NCBI RefSeq assembly: GCF_009914755.1
Contig: NC_060942.1
Length of the DNA stretch: 64,000 nt
Strand: one strand, 5' to 3'
Origin: the human T2T-CHM13v2.0 reference genome, Homo sapiens
The notes below the pieces were generated by a model. The model was not told where the DNA came from and ran no database searches. It was given only the letters and a program-made list of their open reading frames with translations. Each line of letters opens with the position of its first letter. Positions within the stretch are counted from its first letter, which is position 1. Position numbers and translations under genes: made by a program. Shown here one piece after another: positions 1-13,800 of this stretch.

Positions 1-286
<286 letters not shown>

Positions 287-3200
287 CTATACAATGTACA
301 AAATGATCGCCTCTATTCCTTTTCTGGGACATCTATTACTTAAATGTTGATCCTCATGGAGACATTCTCTAATTTGTTTTCTTCCTTTCCTATCTTACCT
401 TTTCTCCTTTTGAAAATTTTGACTTTCTGGGAAAGTTCCTCCCCTTCAGCCATCCAATCATTCTGGATTTATTTCTGCAATTTTTAGTTTCCAGCTGCTT
501 CTTAAAGAAAAAAAAAATCCTGTTTAAAAAATATATATATATATCCTCTATTCTCTGATCCCTTTCAAGCAATTAAGGAACTTTTTTTCTGGTTCCTATA
601 TGGTATTTCTTCCAAGATTCTTCTTTTCTGGTTTGTGGTTTGTTCCTAACTGTCATATCATGGACATTCCTCACAAGTCTGAGGCCGCTTGGTTGCCAGT
701 TCTCATTTAAGAGGAAAACACTAAAATTCAGATGGAAGTTTCAGGTGCATGAAAGGGGCTTGTTGACTGGTTAATTTCACTGCAACGTGGTCACCTGGGA
801 AGCCTACTGGCCTACTGGTTTATTAGAGGACCCTCAAATGTTGTATCTACAGATCTTTTTTGGGGGGGTGGGGAGCATTTTTCCAAAAAGGAATCCTCCT
901 GCCTATAGGAGTTATGCCTGGCCAGCAAACACCCCAAAACCAAGTGGCTTTGGGGGTTTTGACTTTCACAGGACTCTTGTTTTTAATACTGGCATGTCAT
1001 CCTCACTATAGCTCCATTCTGTTGAAAACTGATTAAATTAGGTTTGAAATTTCCATAACTTATTCCAGAGATTTGTTAATATCTTTCATTTTCTGCGATC
1101 TCACTCTCCTGTCTGTTAAGAGTCTGTACCCTATTTGTTCTTCACTTCATGTTCCTTTGTTTTGGGAGAGAACAAGTATTAAACACCTGTGCTCAAGTTG
1201 CACATTTAATCAGCATTCTCCCTTTGCCTCAGACGTTAAAAACACTCTTCATGATGCAACATTTCCAGTTATGTCAAAATATTCTCCTACTTAATACTCT
1301 TTTTAGAAATAATAAAATTCTCAAAAATGATAGACTTGATTTTTTATCTCATTGTTAGATTTTGCCATGCAACCACATGAAAACGAAGCACAGTTTTGTC
1401 AGGTCTTAGGCAGGTAGGTGGTTTTTCTTTCTTCCCTGACATCACTGTCGTTGCCTACATTGCCTCACACAGTTCATAAGTAGATTATCTGCCTTGGGGA
1501 TCACCTACAGATAATCCTGAAATCTTGGATTGGCTCCTTACTTCTGATCCCACCATAACCACACACACCTGGCCTACTTCCTCATTCACTTTTTGTTGGC
1601 ATGAGCCTTTTAAAGATCTTGACTATTTTCTAATGTTAGAGCCAGGCAAGTATGGTGAGGAAGGCAAATCTGTTGCAAAAAAACAAAATAAAACAAAATC
1701 CAAAATTAAATGAAAATATTTTTGGATATTTGTTTTGCCTCAATGAAATTAAGAATATATTACTTCTGAACAACTGGATCTTATTAACAATTTAATAATA
1801 TAATTAACCACAAATTCATCTGGTGCAGAGGCGAACTCTCTTCAAGTTTTGATTTTACACAGAGAATTAGTTTCAAACAAAAGTGTTTGGAAATTTGACA
1901 TTCCTCCCTCTGCAAAACTAACAGGAAATGAAATTAAGACATTTTAGGAAAGATTTTGACATCAGTATTTTATAATTTCCCAATATCCTGTTTAAGCCAA
2001 TTATTTTAGAAAAATTTGTAAACTGTTTCTATTTCCTCATAGAGTTTATAAAATGTACGATGTTTACCTTACATTAAATCAACATCAAGAGGGTTAAACT
2101 GACAGGTAGAATGATAGAATGGAATTTCTCTCCTTTGAATCCATTCATTCAATCCTTTTTTTGGAGACATATGTACCAGGTTAAAAATTTAAATGATGAA
2201 TACAGTACATATCTTTACATGAGTGTGTATTTCCATTTTAAGTGTATGAATTACACTTGAAAAATGACTCTTTTCAAGCAATGTTACAAAAATCAAAGTT
2301 TATAAACCATTTCTGCCACCTCCAATAGCAACTAAAAACTATCATGCTTGGCCTGGCAAGAAGGATGGGAAGCCACAGAGGAACAATGATGAGACATGGA
2401 AATCCCCAATTTGTGGCCCGCACTGCTATGCTCTTCACCATCTCCCATACCAGATGTTCTAGCTCCAAGGATTCTGATTCCAGGGGAGACTCCTGTTCAC
2501 TCATCTTTCTCATCAGTCTTCACGATTCACAGTTTCTTTCCATTCATGTACATTTATCTTTATGGTACCCAAATGATGTATCTCTCTGGAACAAGTCACT
2601 TTCTAGAATAATACCTTTCCTTGTCTTTTGTAAAGACCTTTATGAGACTTTTTGTGGGTTAATGATCTAATTCCTACTGTATTCCTAAATTAGATGCACT
2701 TTAAACTACAAATAATATTTGAAATTACATATTTTCCTTCGGTTGTTAAATATATGTAGCCGGTCAATAATAAACAACTGCAATGTGTGATTTTGTTTTC
2801 TATATATCAGTTTTAAAGGCAAATTACAGAAAAGAGAGAGAAGTTCCTGGGAACCATGAAAACCTCAATTATGAAATGACTAAAAGATAAATTTATATGG
2901 TTTAACCAAATGATGACTAAGCTGGTGTTTACTGGGATAAAACCCCTAATATTTTGCAAGACATCAGAGATCACCTAACCATCCACTTATGCTTCAACCT
3001 GCCCTTCCAGTTTCAGTTGCAATACAGCAAATTTCAAGATATTGTAACTATCATAACAAGACGTGGATACTAATGAGGAAAGGAGAGATGTTTATCAGCC
3101 ATGTTTGCATTTGAAAAACAGTAGTATCCCACTAATTATGTGCTTACTCATTTGTGTACTTCTTTGCAAAACTGTAAATTTGCATCTACGTTGAATCATT

Positions 3201-4203
3201 TTATACCAACTAGCAAAGGCTGCTCTTCCAAGGAATCCTATGGCAAATATGTCAAGTATATAATTTAATTTATATACCTTTATATCCGAATTCATTCATC
3301 AAGTTTGCTTAAATTGGGGTAAACTAAAATTGTAGCTTGTAAGTATTCAGCCATGGCAATAAGTTATATAAGGGGTTTAGTTTTGAATCCAAATTGATGG
3401 GCCTGAAACAAATATTCCTGAAAAACTGGATATACCAAAGTTTCCCTAGCGAATGTTACAGAAGTATACCAATGTTTCTTATGAGAAAAAAATATTTTTC
3501 TGTCTCAAGGCAAAAAAAAAAAAATCTTACTTAAGAACACAGTACACCTTTAAAACATGAATTATTTTAAGCAAATTAAAAACAACTGCCTAGCCATTAA
3601 TTGTAATTGTAGTCCATGGTTCCATTCCTTTGCAAATGTAAATGTTACCTTGGACATTACTTTTAACACTGTTTTTTAATAAAATAAATATGCTGTCATA
3701 ATTGTATAGTTAACTATCCTGCTTAAATTCTTGATGATATCTATAAATTATTTATAGTAGGTAAAACTAAAATAGATACAATTTCTTTTGCATTTCCCTG
3801 ATTCAATAAGATTTTTGAATCTTGGTGAAAAATCCTTTTTGAACCGGGCACTGAAGGCTTAGGTCTCTGTCTTCACCCCTAACTAAATCAGGTTTTAGTA
3901 AAAGATCTGAAAATTCTGCAAATTTTCAAAAGCAAATGTTAGATTAGAAAACGTTTAATGAGTTAAATCAATCCCCTTTCTCCCTGTTACAGGAACACTG
4001 GAACACTGTGAACTTTTTGAGACAAAGCCTTACAGCTTATGATTTTCAGTCATCAACATGTAAAAGGAAAGGTTATTTTGAAGAGGCTCAAGGTAATCTT
4101 CCTACAACTTTTTGAAATGTCACAGGAGAAAACCTTGCCACAGCTGACTTTAAGGCTTATTTTGGCAAAGGTTATCTTTCATCATATTTTGGTCAAGGTT
4201 ATA

Positions 4204-4652
<449 letters not shown>

Positions 4653-4859
4653 TAATTTTAATATCTTACCTCCAAAAGTATTTACCCCTGTCTTCACCGC
4701 TCCGCCCCTACCCACACGTACACACATGCACACACACACATGCACGTGCAAGTGCGTGCATGCACACAGAGCATGTAACACAGAAACAATAAGTATGGTA
4801 GACAAGCAAAATCTAAAAGCAAGAACTATATTTATTGATTTTATAAAAGTCTGTTGTGC

Positions 4860-4940
4860 ACAGCACACATTTACCTATGTAACAAACCTGCACAGCCTGC
4901 ACATGTATCCCAGAACTTAAAATTAAATTAAATTTTTAAA
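4860..4940 (+). mobile_element. extremely 5'-truncated L1PA 3' end
   Basis: TTTACCTATGTAACAAACCTGCAC...CATGTATCCCAGAACTTAAAA; TSD AAAAGTCTG(T/A)TGTGC at 4845-4859 and 4941-4955. Confidence 0.88.
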
Positions 4941-5186
4941 AAAAGTCTGATGTGCCAGTGTTAACATATTTCTAGTGAACAAATTAAGGTTGGTAAAATA
5001 TACTTATAAAATTCTCTAATCTAGCCTGTAGCATTGATGTACAGAAAAATTCTTTATGAACACAAGACACGTTAACACAGAAGCAGAAAAATGTGGAAAA
5101 AGTACACCAGAGATGAACAAAGATAATCAAATCAAAGTTTTTAAATACGAGAATGTACCATGTGCGAGGCACATATAAGAGCACAG

Positions 5187-5187
<1 letters not shown>

Positions 5188-5215
<28 letters not shown>
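5188..5215. repeat. (CA)n microsatellite
   Basis: About 14 CA units, read directly. Confidence 0.95.
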
Positions 5216-5217
<2 letters not shown>

Positions 5218-6623
5218 TCAAACACTTTATGTGTATTATTTCTCCAGACTTCTCGATATATTACTTCTAAAACAAAATGAGAAAGAAACTGATCTTCAGA
5301 GTGTAAATCACAGAGTGGTGAGTGGCAAAGCAAAAACTCACACCCAAGATTGTACAAAACCTGTGCCCTTAGCCATCTACAGAATTTTTTTTTTCCTGCT
5401 AACACTATGGTGACAAGGAATTTTTTTAAATGAGCGGAGGGCTGTAAGATGGAATTGTCTTTACTCCTAGGCTTCACAAAGAACACTGGTTCAGAACAAT
5501 AATTTAAAATATAACCAGAACCTTTACATATGTGGAACTAATTTAATTTTTGTTGGGAAACAATAAATATCATTCCAATATTCCACTATTTATCAATGTC
5601 AGATGTTCTATTCTGGCAATGATATTTTATTCAACAGAACAAAAAATACTAGCTCTTCATATCGTGAAATATTATCATTCCAAACCCAAGTCTACTAAAG
5701 CAACTGAAGAGATTATTTTGATTTCAAATAATCTGTTCACTATGCATACATATCAATGAGATTTCCTATAAATCCAATACTTAAGGACCCAAATATCTCA
5801 CATGTAGTACAAAACTATGGATACCATAGGTAAATAACCTTTCTATACCACAATGAGGAAATGGGAAGTAGAAAAGAGGAGGAAGGGTTGGCCAAAACTC
5901 CATGGATGGTGACAATGTACTTTCTGACTTGTTCCCACTCCCACTGGCCTGTTGCACCCCACCCTAGTCTCATTTTAGGATTTGCCCTGCTTCACACTCC
6001 CACTACTTTTTCGCATCTTCCAACTCTGCCACCAGCACTTCATCAAAAGGCACTCTGGGTACTAATCCTAACTCCCTCAGGCTCATCTGAGAAGGAAAGC
6101 AACCCCATTAAAGTAATGCACAAAGTAGTATGAAACCTTTTCATTATGAGTTACACTTCTGGAGGTAATACATTTCATAAGTAAAAGTTAAATGAGGCAA
6201 TTCCATGGCTAGGGGAGGATTTATAGAAGTGCAGGTGCATTTCCAGAACACCTTTAAATATTGTTTAAAGTTCTTAGTAAATCATAAAAGATCCTCCAGA
6301 TCTGATTCCTGTTTATCAGTTCAGTTCCATCTCTCCATTTTCTTTCTTCAAACTGTTAGCACCAGTAGTTTCAAATGAGTAATTTTATTTCATTGAAATA
6401 TACTGCTACCTCTCCCTGCCTGCCACACTTGTCTCCTCCCCTCACTCCACCCTGCCCACCTAACACACCCTAGGACCCAGCAGAACATCACCTTTTAGTT
6501 CCCCCAACTCTACCTAGTACCAGCTAGGAACCCCTTTCTAAACAGTCCCATAGCACCTAGTGCTTCCCTCTATAATACTACTTATTACCTTACATTGTAA
6601 CAGTAAACACTTAACAGTAAACC

Positions 6624-6657
6624 TCATAAGCCTGCCTCCTTTCAGGCAGGCTTATGA
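6624..6657. repeat. perfect inverted repeat, 14-bp stem with 6-nt loop
   Basis: TCATAAGCCTGCCT-CCTTTC-AGGCAGGCTTATGA. Confidence 0.9.
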
Positions 6658-9600
6658 TTTCCTTGTGACCCAAAGACTAGTCCAGGGCTTCGCATAGAAG
6701 AGTCCTCAACAAATATCTGCTGCAGGAATGAATTCATAAATAAAATTAGGGCAAGGGCTACCCCAGGAGAAAGCAAGAAAGAGACTTTAAAGTATACTAA
6801 ATTTTACATATTTTTATAGGAAAGGGAACCTGTATATAATAGAGAAACTTTGTTATTCATGGAGTTCCATCCATTCAAAAACCTAAAATGGCCGGTAGAC
6901 TAGAAAACTGCAACAATGCACTTTTAATTATTTTCCTCATCTACTTTCACAAGACAGTCTAATGATCACATCATAATATATCAACTCTGGTTAAAATCAT
7001 TAACTTAAATGGTACAGTCAGTGGGCAGTTATGCAATAAAGAGTGATTTAAATTATGTTTTGTTTCCGGCTAGCTGGGAGGTCTACATACCAAAACTGGG
7101 TTGGCAGCTCTTAGTTGTTGAGAAAGTCCTGCAAATATTCTGGAAAAACCAGTGGGTGGAATTTGGGTCCTCAGTAATACAGCTTTTATTGTCAACAGGT
7201 GAAATGTAAGCTTGAAAAACCAAGTATCATGATATTAGGGTCACACACTTAACAGTGAACACCCTGTCAAAAAGTACTCTGAATAATCTCTCCTAAGCTC
7301 TTTCCTAATCCCACAGCCCTCTAGCAGTGCTCATGTCTTTAATATTTAACCTTATACTTCAGATCTTCAAATTTATTCATGTCAAACAACAAAACCACAC
7401 AACATAAAAACAGGACACTGTACTCTCTTTTAAAATATATCTATATAAATCCTTTCATTTTCTGCAAAGCCCAAGAAAATAGTCTCTATTTATAAAACTG
7501 ATCAAGTACTATTTTCAAACAGTATTTTAAAAGAAATACCACTTACCTAATAGCAATAGTGCTTAAGGTTTACATGGGATACTGATTTCTGACTGGTTGA
7601 AGGACACTGGTTGGCAGGTATATATATGCATGTAGTAACAGCTAATATAGGTAACAGCCTGCTTTTCCTCCTCACAGAGGCAATAAACTTGTCTAAGACT
7701 AAGATTATATACTGAGTCTAAGACTCAGACAAAGCCTCTTCTTCTCCTAAGATATTTAGTTTTATAGATTTATATAGCATCTAGGAAAAATCCAAACTCC
7801 ATTGATTTATAGAAGATATGCTCCTTTGAGAAATTTCTCATACTTCATTCACCCAGTTTTGAGGTTACCTCCCTTACAAAACAAATACGAGAAGAGCAAT
7901 CTCTCAGGTCTTCACTGCCAAAGTCCAAATTTTATTTTTTATTTTGTTTTATTGATTGGGCATTTCCAAACTGGCCACTCGCTTAGGTTTTAGGGATACA
8001 AGGATGGCAGACACGGTTCAGTCCCAATTCTAAGCAAGCCAGGGAGACACATACGAACCATGATGACCATACAAAGCAACAGGGAGATAAGGAGGAGAAG
8101 CCAAGCACCTTCACAGGAGGGATGGCTGTCTGCCTACGGGAGCCAGGTGAGATTTCACATAGGAGGTGGCTTTGAGTCTGGAGCTTGAGGGATGGGCAGG
8201 GAGAAGGGCGTTCCTGAGACAAGGCAGAGTCAAAGAAGACCATGAAATGTTTGAGACGTTCACTCCTAAACTAAGATCCTCAGGCAAATACATCTATTCA
8301 CTTTTCTCTAAACATCTCCAGTACATTCCTATCCGTGCTTACCCCCCTTTCTTTTATCTCCCCCTCCCTTTAACATGCTTAAATCCAGGATGCCTTTTTA
8401 GGCCCAGCTCAAGCCAGGCCTTGATCTCCCAAGAAGCCCTGGCAGCTTTCGTTCCCTCCTCCCCTCCAAAACTCACTCCTACAGTTCTCATGGTATTCCT
8501 CAATAGATTCAGGCACTTTTGACTTATGCTGGAACTTGTCTCTAAGCTTAGGTCTCTCTGTCCTTGAGTGTAGGGCCATGTCCTGCTAGCCTCTCCCTTG
8601 TAACATCAGTGCCTGGGAAATTTCCTATGTTTTAATGAATGTCTGCTGCTAATGAGGAGCCATTGATCAGCACTGAGTCATATTATTTCACAACTTTATT
8701 GCACTTCCATGTACCTCTGGATCTTTGCATCATTTGCAAAGTGTCACAGCTCTCAAGCTACTTTCCTGGAATATCAGGCCAAAATTCTGCCTAGTAGAAT
8801 TAAAAGAGAGGGTTCAAGATTTCTTCAGTTGGTAAAAACACTAGTCTCCTTTTTCTACTCTGAATCACTGCTCAACTGCCTTATTTATAACCTCTAGATG
8901 GCAGGAAGTCTATCTTTTATATATTAAAGTGTCCACAGACCCTACTGCTAAGTACCAAGTGGCAAAATTATTAATTTTAATGAATGAAATGCATCTATAG
9001 AGACCCTCTACAACCTTGCCCTACATACTTTTCTAGCTCATTCTTTCACATATTTTCTTTCTTTCTCTCTCTCACACACGCAACATGAATGTGGCTTTTC
9101 ACAAACAGGCTCTGTGTTTTGATCAGAAATCTGAGAAACTTAGTTTCCTGGTAATAACACCAGTAAAATTAAACCAACAAAAGGTAATGCCTAGCACTTC
9201 AGTTTAAATATAGTGAGCCAAAAAAAAATCTGCTTTGTGAATTCAATATAAAATATAATAATTGTCCATTTAGAAGGTGAACAATTAGTCTGTATTTGAT
9301 CTCAACAGTACACCTATACCACTGTTTCTAGTGAAGATCTGAACTGTCGTGGCATACAAATGCTACTTTTATCATATTGCCTTCCCCACACATAAGTTCT
9401 ACAGATGACTACATTCTGGCACAAGTGCATGTTATCAGAGACATCCTGAGAGTGAGTGAGTGAAAGGCAAAGCTAATTCCAAGTGTGTATTCACATTTCA
9501 GGGCCCATATGCTGCTTTGAAAGGTGCGGAAAGGCTTTTCACATCATGAATTTGGACAATGATTCCAATTACTTCATGTCGGCATATGTCAAATAATTTT

Positions 9601-10461
9601 TATACGTTTTTGAGCAGAGATAGTTAGGAATTAGTCAGAGAGTATTTCTGAAGCCTGTCACTTTACCAATCTGAAACTCTTTCCTTCTAATTTCAGCACA
9701 GACAGACTTTGTTGGTAATGTCATTTGTTGGAGGTTAAAAATGTGTACATTTTATATGGTTATGTTTTATCTATATGTATGATACATGGAGATGGGTGGA
9801 GGGAGGGATTTATAAACAGATAGAATATATGGAGATGGATGGAGGGAGGGATTTACAGACTGATCAGTATCAACCCCCAGAATCTTTTAAAATAAAAGAA
9901 TGACAATTTTATGGTTGCTAATAACAATACTTTTGTTGAAAACATCAAGGATTCTTTTTTTGGTGGGAGGGAAGGTCAGGTATCATTCAAGCACATTTCT
10001 TTAATTTCTTCCTGATTCCCTAAACCACATCACAGGGCATCTTGTCAATAAAGAAAGAACCACCTATACCCTTAGGCTTCTTAGCATCACTCTGACACAA
10101 TCATCATCATTCTGCCATTTTCCCTCTGGATATGGATTTGTCCATATTATGTAGACAGTAATGCGCAGATGACCACAGAGGCCTGGCCTCTAGTCCTGGG
10201 TCCACTGCTAACTGTGTATGTGTCCTTCATTTTCTTCAACTGTGAGGTTTGGGGGATGAACAAGGTGACCCTTCACTTAGAGCTGTAAGCTGCTACACGC
10301 ATCACCAGAAAGAACCTGAGACAAGACTCTTAAACAGGTTGTACACGAAGAAAATTACAAAAAGTTTCCACTGACTGGCAGGGTGCGGGCTACTTCATGG
10401 CAATTTTAAAGTAAATGCGGTTACATCATTCATATCAACATGCTTTAAAAAGCGTAAGGTG

Positions 10462-10744
10462 GGCCGGGTGCGGTGGCTCACGCCTGTAATCCCAGCACTT
10501 TGGGGGGCCGAGGCCGGCGGAACACAAGGTCAGATCGAGACCATCCTGGCCAACATAGTGAAACCCCGTCTCTACTAAAAATAAAAAAATTAGCTGGACG
10601 TGGTGGCGCACACCTGTAGTCCCAGCTACCTGGGAGGCTGAGAAAGGAGAATCACTTGAACCCAGGAAGTGGAGGTTGCAGTGAACTGAGATCACCGCAC
10701 TCCAGCCTGGCAACAGAGCAAAACTCTGTTTCAAAAAAAAAAAA
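10462..10744 (+). mobile_element. AluSc-like
   Basis: Full dimer with GATCGAGACCATCCTGGCCAAC and CCTGGCAACAGAGC; perfect TSD AAAAAGCGTAAGGTG at 10447-10461 and 10745-10759. Confidence 0.95.
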
Positions 10745-10999
10745 AAAAAGCGTAAGGTGAATTTTTACCATAGGCATAACACACAATATTTACAATCATG
10801 TTTTGCTAAATTATTTAAGTCAATATTCTTTAATTTATATATCATATTCCTTTGGTTCCCAATTTTCTCATGCTCCTTGTGTATTTGAAATTCCAACATA
10901 AAGTAAACATAGTGTGGTGCATAAAACAAGAGAAGTTTCAATATGGCGTGTGCCCCTCCAAACTGATTGAGCACAATTCTCTTCATCTTCACCACTTAG

Positions 11000-11173
11000 A
11001 TTGGCGATCAGTAATAGATGCTAATACTAACATTAAGATTATGTTCAAACTACCTGCTGTTTACAATTTTTATATATATACAGCCTATTGGCGATCAGTA
11101 ATAGATGCTAATACTAACGTTAAGATTATGTTCAAACTACCTGCTGTTTACAATCTTTATATATATACAGCCT
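11000..11173. repeat. 87-bp tandem duplication (2 copies, 2 mismatches)
   Basis: ATTGGCGATCAGTAATAGATGC...TATACAGCCT at 11000-11086 and 11087-11173. Confidence 0.97.
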
Positions 11174-11219
11174 ATTTCCTATCAGCAATCCAAACTACAT
11201 AGACACATCATTGGTCTGA

Positions 11220-12380
11220 AAACTTACTGTCTTATTGCAAGCCAGATCCTCTGACAGGCACTAGAGATACAAAAGAAATTGTAGATGACCTCGAAGAGCT
11301 CAGGATCTACTGGGGGAAACAACAATGACAAATGTGGACATTTAGTGTCAGAAAGAGAGGATTATAGGAATGCCAAGGAAGCATCAGAAGAGGCTTCCTA
11401 GATGACGGGTGATGAAGCCCAATCTTCCAGGTGGAGAGGACAGCATGACCAAAGGAAGGACGTGGAGGTGACATGGCATGTGCAGGGAACTACACTGAAC
11501 ACTGCAGAGAGCCACTGGCAGGACCCAGGCCAGGGAGCACCTACTTGGTCATACTGGGGAGCTTGGCCTTTCTCTTGTTGGTCTGGAGATCCACAAAAGA
11601 ATTTATGCCAAAAGTTAGAGGTGGATAGATTTTAAATACTGTGTTTTTAAATACCGAGGATTTAAATACTCTGATGGTTTATCTAATTTTAGGGGAACAA
11701 AACTGGAGGCAGTTAAAAGGCCCCTATAAGTGAAAAATGAAAAGAGTTTGTATTAGGGCAGCAGAAGTATGTTGTTGTCTTCTTAAGTCACATTTGATAT
11801 GCAGAGAAGATAGAATCAGTGGGATTTTTAATCACAGGATGTGGGGGATGAAGTCGTGGGAGGGCTCCCAGATTTCTGGCTTGGGTAGGGATACCACCAA
11901 ACAGGATACAGGAAGAAGAGTGGGATTAAGGGTGGGTAGTAAGTCTGGCTATAGAGAGTGGAGCTGGACACTCCTACAGACATATCCCAGGAGGGAAAGG
12001 AGTGGGCCCAGGATGGTACTCTGGATGATACCAAGTACCACAAGGAGGGTGGCACCGAGGGCAGGAGAGCTCAGAGGAAAACTAGGTGCATGTGGTGATG
12101 TCTTGGTAGCCCTGAGGTCCAGAATGCCAAGGAAAATGGCACAAGTGATAATCTTAAATGCAGTAGAAAGGCCCAGCTAGGTCAGGGCTGGGAAATGCCA
12201 CTAGATATAGAAAGCAGGATGCATTGAGGACCTTAGTTAAAGCTATTTCAGTAAAGTTATGAGAAAGAGAGTCAGACCACAATGAGTTATGAAGTAAATG
12301 AGAGGTTATGAAGTAAATGAGAGGTAAGAGGTAAGGAATGGAGACATTTCATTGAGTAGCTGTTAAATGTAGAAACAGGG
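11220..12380 (-). mobile_element. degenerate L2 LINE
   Basis: L2-like purine-rich motifs (CAGGCACTAGAGATACA, GAGGCTTCCTAGA, CAGATTTCTGGCTTGGGTA, GCTATTTCAGTAAAG); boundaries approximate. Confidence 0.55.
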
Positions 12381-13671
12381 TTAAAGGTGGATTGGATTGC
12401 TTTGCTTTTTAAATTAATTGAAATTTCACTACCTACAGATAACCAACACTGACATTTTGGTGATGATCTTTTCATATATTCTTCTGTGTGTATGTGTACA
12501 CACACAAAGCAGACAGAAAATATTTACTGTCAACAAGATTATTATGTACTAAGAAGGCAAATTAAATATTTACCCCAAGCCACCCTTTAAGTTATCAGAA
12601 TTGTAAACATACACCTAAAAGGAAGTGTAGTTTCTCTTCTAAATCAAAACCCAATGCTTCTATGTGACGCACACTAATCTGCTTCTTACTACTGAGAAAC
12701 AACACAGCACAGTCAGCCTAGGAAACAGACACACCCAATCCTATTGATTTTTAGATGTTAAAAATTACCCACTTGAAATGTTTCCAGGGGTTTAAACACA
12801 ATCTTATGAGTAGAGCCCTAGGAGCTATGCCTCTGAAAACAAACAACCTTTTAGCAAGGGGGTACTGACAATATACACCCAAAGAGTGACACCCAGTGAG
12901 TCATCAGAAAGGGACAAGTCCCACCCTGTGGAGCTTCCACACCTGCCTTCTGCTTCATGACCATGGAAAAGAGCAACACACAAAGCTCTCTAGTGTGGTG
13001 TTGCAATGTCAACAAAACTGGGAATACTGGCTAAACTGGCCTAGTTAGCTGAATGGCCACTGGATTTGGCTTGGGTTTGCCCTACCAGGAAATGGGGCAA
13101 GAGGTCAGAATTGTAATACAGAGAAGGTGGCCCACAAATACTTCCGGAAAACAGAACAGGACATGGGGTGGTTCCTGTAGAAAACTGGGGGTTGTGTAGA
13201 TTTTTTAGTAGAGGAGCAGAGCAGCTCCCAGGCAGCTTCATCTCGATTACAGCTCTCTCCCGCCTCACCCACATTCCTACTCTCACTGCTTAAGCTAATT
13301 CTCTTCCATAGAAGTTATCCTGGCAGACATCAGAGGAACATGTTTGACAATGCTTTTCTGTATTAATCACTCTCCCTAGTCTGTAAACAATAGAAGATTT
13401 ACAAGTATTCATGTTGTATCTCTTTATATAGTAGATAAATATCTAATTTTTTATTTTTAAATGGAGAATGAAAAACTAAATAGTCAAACAGTCTAGCTAA
13501 AGGGGACACATAAAATTGTTGTATCAACTTGGAAGAGAATCCTACTTCTTGTTTATAATGTCAAAACTCAACTCTTTCTGAATATATTTTAATAAAAGGA
13601 AATAATACCTACTTAGTAAAAACTAAGTCCCATTTGGGAGGAGGGATTTCTTTCTACCACTACCCTAAGCT

Positions 13672-13800
13672 GATGAATGTCTGTATCCCCTACAAAATTC
13701 AGATGTTGAACCCTAATGCCCAACATGAAGGTATTTGGGGGTAGGGCCTTAGGGAGGTGATTAGGGCATGCGAGTGGAGCTGCTCTGATCAGAGAGACCC
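13672..13800 (+). mobile_element. MaLR LTR fragment (MLT1A/MST-like)
   Basis: GAATGTCTGTATCCCC...AAATTCAGATGTTGAACCCTAAT...GGTAGGGCCTTAGGGAGGTGATTAGG. Confidence 0.7.

Noticed and set aside
6624-6660. Hairpin followed by TTT as an intrinsic terminator or pre-miRNA
   Set aside because: Rho-independent terminators do not apply to a primate intron, and the stem is too short for Drosha.
10852-11202. 116-aa ORF with an internal 29-aa repeat
   Set aside because: It is explained by the 87-bp DNA duplication; non-ATG start and no splice or codon evidence.
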